The translations under genes and the position numbers were made by a program. The notes beneath the pieces are model-generated. The model ran no database searches, was not told the origin of the DNA, and was given only the letters and a program-made list of their open reading frames with translations. From assembly GCA_900552015.1 (NCBI GenBank), contig URXY01000003.1, forward strand, positions 4,808-68,807: 64,000 nucleotides of DNA. Reading direction: 5' to 3'. The DNA comes from an uncultured Eubacteriales bacterium (GTDB lineage: Bacteria > Bacillota > Clostridia > Oscillospirales > Oscillospiraceae). Shown here one piece after another: positions 47,981 through 56,756 of this stretch (its first letter is position 1; each line of letters begins with the position of its first letter).

Positions 47981-49420
47981 ATGGCAAATGAAACAAGCAC
48001 TGCCGTCATTCAGCTTCCCAAGGGCAAAAAGAACCTCGTTCAGTTGGGCGCTATTTGCCTGACCGTTTCCATCGCGTGCTACGGTCTTGCGCTGTCCACG
48101 CTCATCACACCCATCCTCTCCAGCATGGACGCCATGGGCTATGTTGGCCTGTTTTCCATTTTTTCCTCGATCGGCATCACCATCATGACGCCGATCGGCG
48201 GCAAACTCGGCGATATCTTCGGCCGCAGACGGATCGTAGTCATCGCAGGAATCGTCTGTGTGCTGTGCGGCGTCGGCATCGCGTTTGCGCCAAACCTGCC
48301 GATCTTGATGATCTGCCGCTTCGGTGTTGGCTTTGCGCAGGGCGCGTTCATGGCCGCGCCATACATCATCGTCGGCGTCATCAACGAGAAAAAGGACGTG
48401 CCGAAGGCGATGGGCTTTCTGGCGATGGCGCTGTCCATCGGCGGTTTCGGCGGCAGTATCGTCGCGGGCCTCCTGACCGATATGGGGATGCTGACGGCGG
48501 CTATTCTCTTCCCCGCGATCCCGCTGATCGTCGGTATCGTGCTGATAGGCCTGTTCTATCCCGATGATAAGAGCGCCGCCAAGCAGAAGATCGACACGGT
48601 GGGCATCCTGCTGCTCGTGGCCGCGCTGTGCGGCATCCTGCTGCCGCTGAACTACGGCGCGACCGCCGGCTGGACGGATCCGCTGATCCTCGGCGGGCTC
48701 GTGCTGGGCATCGTTTTCACCGCGCTGCTGATCCGCTATGAGTCCAAGATCGAGCAGCCCATCATTCCCGTCAAGATGTTCCGCCACAAGAGCTACCTTG
48801 CCTTCGTGCTCGTGGGCTTCCTGTGCTACTTCTACCGCGGCGCGATGGACGTTTATTCGCCCCTCGGCGCGATCAATGTCATGGGCACCAGCACGACGAC
48901 CGCGGGCTCGCTGCAGTTGCCGCGCACCATCGTGACGATGTTCCTGCCGGTCATCGCGGGCGCGTGGGTCGGCAAGAAGAGGGTCAACCTGTGGAAGGCT
49001 ATGGCCATCGCCACCGCGCTTGCCGCCTTCCCGATGCTCGCGATGGGCTTTACTACGCCACAGACGTCCGTACTGCTGTACTTCATCGCGCTCACCATCA
49101 CCGGCGTTGCCGAGAGTTACCGCGGCGTGTCCGTCACGCCCGCCGCACAGGGCTGCCTGAAGACAGAGGACATCGGCATCGGCACAGCGCTCGTGAACTT
49201 TGCGAACTCGCTGGCGGGTTCGCTGGCCGCAGCCATTTACGGTATGATCTACGGCGCCTGCACTGCCGCTGACCCGACCAACGTCGCCAACATCCAGAAG
49301 GGCGTCAACGCCGTTTTCCTGACGGCCGGCGGCGTCACGGTGGTTGGTCTTCTGCTGGTCCTCTTCTGGGTCCGTCCGCTGATCGAAAAGCAGGCCCGCG
49401 AGGAAGTGCAGCAGGCCTGA
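47981..49420 (+). CDS. MFS transporter (14-TM drug:H+ antiporter-like)
   Basis: MFS signature between TM2-3 (GGKLGDIFGRRRI). About 14 TM. Confidence 0.85.
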   Translation: MANETSTAVIQLPKGKKNLVQLGAICLTVSIACYGLALSTLITPILSSMDAMGYVGLFSIFSSIGITIMTPIGGKLGDIFGRRRIVVIAGIVCVLCGVGIAFAPNLPILMICRFGVGFAQGAFMAAPYIIVGVINEKKDVPKAMGFLAMALSIGGFGGSIVAGLLTDMGMLTAAILFPAIPLIVGIVLIGLFYPDDKSAAKQKIDTVGILLLVAALCGILLPLNYGATAGWTDPLILGGLVLGIVFTALLIRYESKIEQPIIPVKMFRHKSYLAFVLVGFLCYFYRGAMDVYSPLGAINVMGTSTTTAGSLQLPRTIVTMFLPVIAGAWVGKKRVNLWKAMAIATALAAFPMLAMGFTTPQTSVLLYFIALTITGVAESYRGVSVTPAAQGCLKTEDIGIGTALVNFANSLAGSLAAAIYGMIYGACTAADPTNVANIQKGVNAVFLTAGGVTVVGLLLVLFWVRPLIEKQAREEVQQA

Positions 49421-49452
49421 GGAAAGAACCCTAGTATCCTGAGATCGATAGC

Positions 49453-49503
49453 AAAAAAGCAGCAGCGGCCGACTTATTACGTCAGGCGCTGCTGCTTTTT
49501 TGC
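49453..49503. terminator. bidirectional terminator
   Basis: A6, stem GCAGCAGCG / CGCTGCTGC, T7. Confidence 0.7.
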
Positions 49504-49783
49504 GGCCTTTGCGGCAGTATCAGAAATGAGTGTGTTCCGCGATGAGGTCGTTGACAGTCGTATCCAGCATGACGCTCAGGACGTAGAAGTTATCCACACT
49601 CGGCAGGCTTCGACCCGCCTGCCGGTGGTACACCGCCTGTGGGCAGGCAGCGCCATCTGCATGATATAAAAAGCAAATTGTAGTTGAAATTATGAGAAAA
49701 TGTGATATATTTAGAACAATACCAGTGAAAACGAGGTGTGTGCCGTGAAAAAGAACTTGACATCGCGCTTCGCGGTGCAATAC

Positions 49784-49855
49784 TGCTGAGAGCAGAGCAG
49801 AGCAGAGCAGAGCAGAGCAGAGCAGAGCAGAGCAGAGTAGAGTAGAGTAGAGTAA
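49784..49855. repeat. pentanucleotide tandem repeat (GCAGA)x9 followed by (GTAGA)x3
   Basis: Read directly at 49791..49850. Lies about 150 nt upstream of the surface-protein start codon. Confidence 0.9.
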
Positions 49856-49904
49856 GTAAAGCTCTGCGCTTTTTTGCTGCCAAAAATTATTATTTTGTAA
49901 TAGA

Positions 49905-49950
49905 AGACACTCCCTGACATGGGTTATCCATGCCAGAGGGTGTCTTTTTA
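49905..49950 (+). terminator. imperfect long hairpin followed by TTTTTAT in the 5' leader of the surface-protein gene (attenuator-like)
   Basis: GACACTCCCTGACATGG-GTTATC-CATGCCAGAGGGTGTC then a T-run. Lies about 50 nt upstream of ATG 50000. Confidence 0.4.
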
Positions 49951-49999
49951 TTTATCATTCAGCCCGCGGAGACGGGTAGAAAAACAGGTGGAAAGAAAT

Positions 50000-52453
50000 A
50001 TGAAAAAACGATTATGCTCAATATTGTTGGGGTTATGTCTTGTTTTGACAATGCTGCCGACAATGGCACTGGCGGCAGACGGTGGGGATGGAACACAGGC
50101 AAATCCCTGGAATATTTCTGCCGAGGGTGAGGGAAACAACGTTACGGCCTATCTAGAGCAGAACGACGATGGTCCTACCTATACGCTCGTCATCTCCGGC
50201 TCCGGAGCAATGAAAGATTTCAAATTCTCGTCACCCTCAGGATATTGGACATCGGATGCTCCTTGGCATACTGCGTTGACAGTAGATTCCTCAATAAATA
50301 GATACCCGATCACGGCTCTGGAAATTGAGGATGGCATTACTCATATCGGCAGCGCTGCATTCGCATCTTTGTCCATTCCGGAGATTTCTTTCAAACGGAA
50401 CGTGACAAGCTATGGCACGTACGTATATATTTCCTGCACAGCCGTGACGACTGTCGACTGGACGAATTTCAGCATCGAGACGATTCCGGAAGGTCTTCTG
50501 TATGGGTGCACTGCGCTGCGCACGTTCAAAAATGGCGACGCAGTCTCCGCTGATTACACGTTGATGCTTCCGAGCGCTGTGACAGGAATTGGGACGAGTG
50601 CTTTCTTTGGGTGCAGAAGTCTGATCCGTGCTGATTTGACGAACCTGTCCAAAAGCGTAGGGCAGAATGCATTTATGTCCTGCACGGGCCTGAAGCAGGT
50701 TGATTTGCCCAAAACTGTAGATGAATCCTGCGTGGACAGTTATTTTGGAATTGGCTGCTTCAGCACCTCGGCAATCGAGACCATTACTCTGCCGGAAAAT
50801 GTCACAATGATTTCGAATAATATGTTCAACCGGTGTGGTTTGCTTACGGATGTTAAGACGACCAGTTCTATCAAAACGATTGGAGAAACAGCATTTTTCT
50901 GCGACAAAGATAGTGTGGGGAAGACAGAGGCTCCTTGGAGTTCTTTTGTTGGTACCAATTTGGATCTCAGCGGCGTTACAACGATTGGAGCGTCTGCGTT
51001 TAACACTTGTTCTTCTCTCAAGAACGTGATTCGTCTTGATTCGATCCAGAATTTAGGCGAGCGGGCTTTTGGCGACTGCTCCTCCGTTCAGGTCGTTGAT
51101 ATGAGTAAAGCTGGCGAATCGATTACTTGTGCAAGTGACGCATTCACACAGCTAGGAAATGACTCCGTTATTTATATCGCGAATAATTTGAGTTCTTTGA
51201 CGGGCCAATATGAAGGCATTTATTCGAAGAATAAGACGGTGCTCGCCATTACTAATGGCGGCACATTCCCGGCCACGTCCCAGTTCGTCGCGGGCCAGCT
51301 TGCCGAGCCGGTCAAGGGCGGCTATAAATTCGAGGGCTGGTATGAAAGCGCCACATTCGAAGATGAGGCCCTTACGGGCACACCGATTGCTGGCAAGACC
51401 TACTATGCCAAGTGGGAAGAAAAGGCCGAGCAGTCCGCGCCTGCAGCGCCTACGCTGAAAGACCGCGGCTATACCAGCATCACCCTGGAAACCATCGAGG
51501 GCGCTCAGTACCGGTGCAACGGCGGCGCTTGGCAGACCTCCCCGGAGTTTACCGGCCTGACCGCCGGAACGGTCTACACCTTCGAGACCCGCTATCCCGA
51601 AACGGAGGATCACAAGGTGTCTCCCGTCAGCGATGCGGTAGAGCTTTCCACCTTGTATTATGTTGTGCCCTCTGTCTCGAGCAACAGCGTTTCCGCGCCC
51701 TCTACCCCCAACGGCACCGTGACCGTCTCTCCGGCCAACGCTTCTAAGGGTACGACCGTGACCGTCGCGACCAAGCCTAACGAGGGCTATGAGCTCGGCA
51801 GTCTGACCGTGACCGACGCAAACGGCAACGCGCTTGCCCTCACCGATCTCGGCGATGGCAAGTACAGCTTTGTGATGCCAGGCAGCAAGGTCAGCGTCGA
51901 GGCGAGCTTCGTCAAGACCGCGGTCTCTACCGGCTTTGCCGATGTCCCTGCGGATGCTTACTTTGCCGACGCGGTCAAGTGGGCCGTTGACAAGGGCGTG
52001 ACGAACGGTCTGACCGACACGATGTTCGGCCCCTATGAGCCCTGCACCCGCGCGCAGATCGTCACCTTCCTGTGGCGCGCAGCCGGTTCTCCCGAACCGA
52101 CCAGCACCAGCACGTTCGCTGACGTTCCCGCAAGCGCCTACTATGCCAAGGCGGTCGCTTGGGCGGTCGAGAACGGCATCACGGACGGCATGACCGCGAC
52201 GGAGTTTGCTCCCAACGCCACCTGCACGCGCGGCCAGAGCGTGACCTTCCTGTATCGCGCCCTCAAGGGGACCGCCGGCAGCGGCGCGAGCTTCGGTGAT
52301 GTTGCATCCGGCGCATTCTACGCCGATGCGGTCAACTGGGCGGTCGCGAGCAACGTGACGAACGGCACGTCCGACACCACGTTCTCTCCCGACGCGAGCT
52401 GCACCCGCGCGGAGATCGTGACGTTCCTGTATCGTGCCTATCAGGGCAAGTAA
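50000..52453 (+). CDS. S-layer-anchored surface protein: signal peptide, BspA-type leucine-rich repeats, Ig/FN3-like spacer, three C-terminal SLH domains
   Basis: Signal peptide MKKRLCSILLGLCLVLTMLPTMALA. Repeated LRR_5-like units (IGSAAF..C..L..V.LP). Three SLH repeats (FADVPADAYFADAVKWAV..GVTNG; FADVPASAYYAKAVAWAV; FGDVASGAFYADAVNWAV). Confidence 0.85.
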   Translation: MKKRLCSILLGLCLVLTMLPTMALAADGGDGTQANPWNISAEGEGNNVTAYLEQNDDGPTYTLVISGSGAMKDFKFSSPSGYWTSDAPWHTALTVDSSINRYPITALEIEDGITHIGSAAFASLSIPEISFKRNVTSYGTYVYISCTAVTTVDWTNFSIETIPEGLLYGCTALRTFKNGDAVSADYTLMLPSAVTGIGTSAFFGCRSLIRADLTNLSKSVGQNAFMSCTGLKQVDLPKTVDESCVDSYFGIGCFSTSAIETITLPENVTMISNNMFNRCGLLTDVKTTSSIKTIGETAFFCDKDSVGKTEAPWSSFVGTNLDLSGVTTIGASAFNTCSSLKNVIRLDSIQNLGERAFGDCSSVQVVDMSKAGESITCASDAFTQLGNDSVIYIANNLSSLTGQYEGIYSKNKTVLAITNGGTFPATSQFVAGQLAEPVKGGYKFEGWYESATFEDEALTGTPIAGKTYYAKWEEKAEQSAPAAPTLKDRGYTSITLETIEGAQYRCNGGAWQTSPEFTGLTAGTVYTFETRYPETEDHKVSPVSDAVELSTLYYVVPSVSSNSVSAPSTPNGTVTVSPANASKGTTVTVATKPNEGYELGSLTVTDANGNALALTDLGDGKYSFVMPGSKVSVEASFVKTAVSTGFADVPADAYFADAVKWAVDKGVTNGLTDTMFGPYEPCTRAQIVTFLWRAAGSPEPTSTSTFADVPASAYYAKAVAWAVENGITDGMTATEFAPNATCTRGQSVTFLYRALKGTAGSGASFGDVASGAFYADAVNWAVASNVTNGTSDTTFSPDASCTRAEIVTFLYRAYQGK

Positions 52454-52484
52454 GTGGATTTGACCCTGTTTAACTGATTTTGAT

Positions 52485-52530
52485 AAAAAGGTGCTCGACC
52501 ATTCGGAAAGAATGATCGGGCACCTTTTTG
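52485..52530. terminator. bidirectional terminator
   Basis: Stem AAAGGTGCTCGA / TCGGGCACCTTT (1 mismatch) with a large loop, flanked by A- and T-runs. Confidence 0.55.
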
Positions 52531-52551
52531 GTTTAACGATAACCTGATATC

Positions 52552-54105
52552 TCAGCTCAGATCGCCGGCGGCTTTGATCTTGACGCGGTTGGTGTTGCCG
52601 GGGTAGTAGGCGAGGGGAACGTCTTCCATCTCGATGATCTCGACGGTCTCGCGCACGGCACCGGCCTCGACCGCGAGCTCGATGGCCTCGTTCTTGGCCT
52701 TTTCGAGCGACTGCTCGCGGGGCAGCTCATCGTAGTTCATCAGCTTTTCGTAGGTACCGCTGACCTTGGAAATGGCAGAGCCGATGGCGTTGGCGCAGCC
52801 GAAATGCTCCGGCTTCAGAACCGTTGCCGCACCGCTGATCTTTTCCGGCAGGATAATGGAGCCGCCGCCGACGAGGATAAGATCGACGTCCGCGTTGGAG
52901 ACCTTCATGGCGTCCACGCTGTCTTCAACGAGGGAGCGAATGACGGCCATGGCCTTATCCGCGACCTCCTGCGGGATGTCGGCGACCTTGGACTTGTCGC
53001 CGAGCTCCACCATGCCGAGACGCACGGCGATATCGGTGGTCGTCATCGTGTTGCCGCCGAAGACGAGCGCCTTTTTCGTGATCTCATAACCCACGCTGTC
53101 GGGACCGACGGTCACGCTGCCGTCATCCTTGACGCGCACGATGGAGCCGCCGCCAAGGCCGATGGAGATGACGTCCGGCATACGGAAGTTCGTGCGCACG
53201 CCGCCGATGGTGACGGCCACGCTCGATTCACGCGGGAAGCCGTTCTGGATGACGCCGAGGTCGGTCGTCGTGCCGCCGACGTCAACGACGATGGCGTCCT
53301 TGAGCGAGGAGAGGTAGCTTGCGCCGCGGATGGAGTTCGTCGGACCGCAGGCGACCGTGAGGATAGGGTAGCGGCGGGCGTGCTCCATGGTCATGAGAGT
53401 GCCGTCGTTCTGGCTGAGATAGACGTCCGCGTTCGTGATGCCCTCGTCGCGCAGGCTCTTGGCAAAGCCCTTGGTGAAGCGCTCGGCCACTTGCCAGAGC
53501 GCGGCGTTCAGAATGGTGGCGTTCTCGCGCTCGATAAGGCCCATGGAGCCGATCTCGCTGGAGATGGAGACATGGATGTCCTCACCCATGACCTCGCGGC
53601 AGAGCTTTGCGGCCTCAAGCTCGTGGTCATTGCGGACGGTGGAGAACACGCAGGAGATGGCGACGGACTTGACGCCCTTTGCCTTCATATCGGTGAAGAA
53701 GGCCTTCGCGGCCTCCACGTCGAAGGGGGCGAGCTCCTTGCCGTCGTATTCAAAGCCGCCGCCGATGATGGCACTGCCGACAGCGACCTTCTGGATATCC
53801 TCGGCCCAGTCGACCATGGGGCGGATGCCCGTGGTGGCGGGCGCGCCGATGCGCAGGATGCCGATGGGGGCGAGGTTCTTGCGCTCCACAATGGCGTTGG
53901 TGCACTGCGTCGTGCCGAGCATGGCCTGGTGGATATGCTTGGGATCCACGCCGGAGACCTCGAGCACCGTGCGCATCGCGCCCAGAATGCCGTCGTAAAT
54001 ATCCGCAGAGGTGGGATACTTGATATCCGCGACCACCGCGCGGTTTTCGTCGATCAGGACAGCGTCCGTATTGGTGCCGCCCACATCAATTCCGAGTTTA
54101 TACAT
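52552..54105 (-). CDS. hydantoinase/oxoprolinase-family protein (HyuA-like N-terminal domain)
   Basis: Sugar-kinase/Hsp70/actin fold signatures (MYKLGIDVGGTNTD ... DVGGTTTD). Confidence 0.75.
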   Translation of the reverse strand: MYKLGIDVGGTNTDAVLIDENRAVVADIKYPTSADIYDGILGAMRTVLEVSGVDPKHIHQAMLGTTQCTNAIVERKNLAPIGILRIGAPATTGIRPMVDWAEDIQKVAVGSAIIGGGFEYDGKELAPFDVEAAKAFFTDMKAKGVKSVAISCVFSTVRNDHELEAAKLCREVMGEDIHVSISSEIGSMGLIERENATILNAALWQVAERFTKGFAKSLRDEGITNADVYLSQNDGTLMTMEHARRYPILTVACGPTNSIRGASYLSSLKDAIVVDVGGTTTDLGVIQNGFPRESSVAVTIGGVRTNFRMPDVISIGLGGGSIVRVKDDGSVTVGPDSVGYEITKKALVFGGNTMTTTDIAVRLGMVELGDKSKVADIPQEVADKAMAVIRSLVEDSVDAMKVSNADVDLILVGGGSIILPEKISGAATVLKPEHFGCANAIGSAISKVSGTYEKLMNYDELPREQSLEKAKNEAIELAVEAGAVRETVEIIEMEDVPLAYYPGNTNRVKIKAAGDLS

Positions 54106-54107
54106 CG

Positions 54108-55199
54108 TTAGTTACCTCCTTTGCTGCGCTCTTCGAGCGGAATGTAGTCGGTGTCCACGCCGAAGTAGCGCGGGCCTACGAGCTCAAGGCCCTTTTCCGT
54201 GCGCCAGAGGTGGAAGCACTTGAGACCGACCACCATGACGCGCTTACCGTACTTGAGCGCGTCGGTCGTGACAGGGGTAAAGGTCTCCGTATCCACCAGC
54301 GAAATAAGGTCGGGGGTGGTGGCAAGGATCCTGCCGTCCACCGTGGCGGTCAGGTTCTCATTCTGGAACTCCACATAGGCGGTATGGCCCTTGCACTCAC
54401 CGATGCCCTCCAGCACCACCTTGCCGATGTTGAAGCCGGCCCGGGTCTCGCGCAGCACGTCTGCGATCTTGCCCTTGAAGAGCTTGAAGCCTTCGGACAT
54501 TTCAAGGAAGTGCTCCTCGGGCGTCTTGTCGCCGCAGTCCTTGACGGTGCGGATGGCGCGGCCCAGCTGCTGGCTGCGGGTCACGATGCCGTGAACGCCA
54601 AACTCCTTCATCTCTTTACCGCTCATGGGATAAAGAGACACGGAAACGGATGCGCCGCAGCTCATGGTGACCGCCCGGGCCAGCTCCTCCGTCCACTTGT
54701 TGGTGATGGTCTCAAAGATACAGCTGTTGCCCTTCTCGTCCACCAGCGCCATCGGCGTTGCCTTCATACCGCCGATGGTAAAGGTCACCATCTGCAATTC
54801 AGGGAAAGCGCGGCCCATGCCGTCCACATCCACCATCGGCATATTCAGTCGGGCCGCCGCGGCGATGGGCAGCATGGAGTTGACGCCGCCAGCCTCGATG
54901 GGCATAAAGGCGTAGATATCCCTGCCAAAGAACTTGGATACCATATCAAATAGCTTTTTGTATTCGTTTCCGCCGATGCCCTTCTCTGCCAAGACCGTCG
55001 GCGCGCCCATCATGGCGATGGGGACGACGAGCGCGTCGTCCGGCACCTCCTCCGGCTCGAGCAGCGTGACAGGACCGCACTCCTGCACCGCGCCGATGGC
55101 AACGAGCTTGCCGACATAGGGGTCGCCGCCGCCGCCCGCGCCCAGCAGGGCTGCGCCGGTGGCAATATCTTCGATCTCAGGGATACCGATTTTTCGCAT
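54108..55199 (-). CDS. DUF917 family protein (partner of hydantoinase-like proteins)
   Basis: N-terminal GAALLGAGGGGDPY signature and about 360 aa, typical of DUF917. Arranged in tandem with the hydantoinase-like gene. Confidence 0.7.
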   Translation of the reverse strand: MRKIGIPEIEDIATGAALLGAGGGGDPYVGKLVAIGAVQECGPVTLLEPEEVPDDALVVPIAMMGAPTVLAEKGIGGNEYKKLFDMVSKFFGRDIYAFMPIEAGGVNSMLPIAAAARLNMPMVDVDGMGRAFPELQMVTFTIGGMKATPMALVDEKGNSCIFETITNKWTEELARAVTMSCGASVSVSLYPMSGKEMKEFGVHGIVTRSQQLGRAIRTVKDCGDKTPEEHFLEMSEGFKLFKGKIADVLRETRAGFNIGKVVLEGIGECKGHTAYVEFQNENLTATVDGRILATTPDLISLVDTETFTPVTTDALKYGKRVMVVGLKCFHLWRTEKGLELVGPRYFGVDTDYIPLEERSKGGN

Positions 55200-55276
55200 G
55201 ACCTTTTCCTTCTTTCATTAAAATTACAACGCAAGGAGAAGCGAGCGGACGCTTGCTCCTCCTGCAAGAGAGGGGA

Positions 55277-56599
55277 TTACGCAGTTTCCTTTTCGGGAAA
55301 GACCTTCGCAAGGATGACGTACAGCACGAGCGAGACGACGATACCGTTGACCGGGCCGACAAAGAACGGCCAGTTCAGGAACGGCAGGGCCTCGACAAGG
55401 CCGGGGAAGCTTGCGAACGTGCCGCCGGTGATGCAGGCGAAGATAGCGCCCACAGCGAAGGAGATGATGCCGACGGCGGAGAAGCCGGAACGGATGGCGA
55501 AGTTTTCCTTCTTGCCCTTGCCGACGATCCAGTAGGACGCAATGAGCACGCCCGCGAGCGGCGGGATGAGGGCGGACATGAGCGACAGGAAGCTCTGGAA
55601 GGCGTTGAGCAGGCCGAAGGCGGCGAGCAGCGTGCCGATGCCGCCGGCGACGCCGGTCGTGACCTTGAACTTGCTCTCATCAAAGCCGAGCAGGTTGCTC
55701 AAGGCGAGACCGCCAGAGTAAGCATTGGTGACGTTGGTCGTCCAGGTGGCGAGCACAAGGGCGATAAGGCCGATGAACGGCACGCCGAGGGAGGCGAGGA
55801 TGGCGGAGATGTCATACTGGCCCGTGACGATGCTCATCAGCGCGCCGGTCATGAGCATGAAGAGACCTGCGGGGATGACGCCGACGATGGAGGACTTGAC
55901 CACGTCGCCGCGGCTCTTGGCAAAGCGGCAGTAGTCGGCGGAGATGACGCCGCCGAGGGCAAAGGAGGCAACGACCATGGAGATGCCGAACACCAGACCG
56001 CTCGAGACTTCAGGCGCATAGTTCGCGATGGCGCTGCCGCCGTCGTTGGCGGTGATACCGGCGATCAGGCCGTACAGGCAGACGATGACGAGCAGGGGAA
56101 CGGCGATGTAGTTGAGCCACTTGAGACCCTTGAAGCCGATGCAGGCCGTGACCAGCATGATGACGCCCCAGACGATGGAGCTGATAGAGACGAACAGGGG
56201 AGACGCCTCAGTGCCCATCATGCTCGCAAGCATACTGGCAAAGGCGCTGCCGCAGGTCGCGGACTGAATGCCGAACCAGCCGACGCAGGCGATGGCAAGG
56301 AGCGTGCTGATGATGTAGCGCGCGCCCTTTTCACCCAGCGCGCCGGAGGCCATCACCGAAACGGGAAGGCCCGTATCACAGGCCTGCATACCGATGCAGA
56401 TCATATATGCGCAGATCAGACCGTAGCCGATCAGAATGGACGCAATGATCTCGCCCATGCTCAGTCCGCCGCCGGCCAGCACGCCGCCGATCATCAGGCA
56501 GGGGACACAGATCATGCCGCCCGCCCAGACTGCCGCGATGGACAGCCAGTTCTGGCGTTGGGATTCGTCTACTTTGAATCCGCTGTTGTTTTCACTCAT
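55277..56599 (-). CDS. NCS1 family nucleobase/cytosine-type permease (CodB-like)
   Basis: 12-TM protein with purine-cytosine permease family conservation. Start ATG 56599 (MSENNSGFK). The track ORF is extended upstream by an alternate start. Confidence 0.8.
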   Translation of the reverse strand: MSENNSGFKVDESQRQNWLSIAAVWAGGMICVPCLMIGGVLAGGGLSMGEIIASILIGYGLICAYMICIGMQACDTGLPVSVMASGALGEKGARYIISTLLAIACVGWFGIQSATCGSAFASMLASMMGTEASPLFVSISSIVWGVIMLVTACIGFKGLKWLNYIAVPLLVIVCLYGLIAGITANDGGSAIANYAPEVSSGLVFGISMVVASFALGGVISADYCRFAKSRGDVVKSSIVGVIPAGLFMLMTGALMSIVTGQYDISAILASLGVPFIGLIALVLATWTTNVTNAYSGGLALSNLLGFDESKFKVTTGVAGGIGTLLAAFGLLNAFQSFLSLMSALIPPLAGVLIASYWIVGKGKKENFAIRSGFSAVGIISFAVGAIFACITGGTFASFPGLVEALPFLNWPFFVGPVNGIVVSLVLYVILAKVFPEKETA

Positions 56600-56693
56600 G
56601 GAAAGCACCTCTTTTTTGGAAGTTTTGCGGGGGGAAAATGAAGAATGGGGCAAGTATAACACCGGAAAATGCAAATGAATACTGTCGGATAGG

Positions 56694-56746
56694 CAGAAAA
56701 AAAGCTCCACGCATTGTCCTGAAAGACAATTCGTGGAGCTTTTCTC
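56694..56746. terminator. bidirectional terminator between the PucR regulator and the permease operon
   Basis: 16-bp stem AGCTCCACGCATTGTC / GACAATTCGTGGAGCT (1 mismatch) flanked by A7 and T4. Confidence 0.65.
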
Positions 56747-56756
56747 ATAATGAATA

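Noticed and set aside
49784-49855. Possible CRISPR array
   Set aside because: Contiguous 5-nt units with no spacers, no cas genes and no leader. It is a microsatellite, not CRISPR.
49590-49883. ORF translating to LLCSALLCSALLCSAL (and 49711..49920)
   Set aside because: The periodic peptide is simply the translation of the (GCAGA)n microsatellite on the opposite strand; it is not a coding repeat protein.
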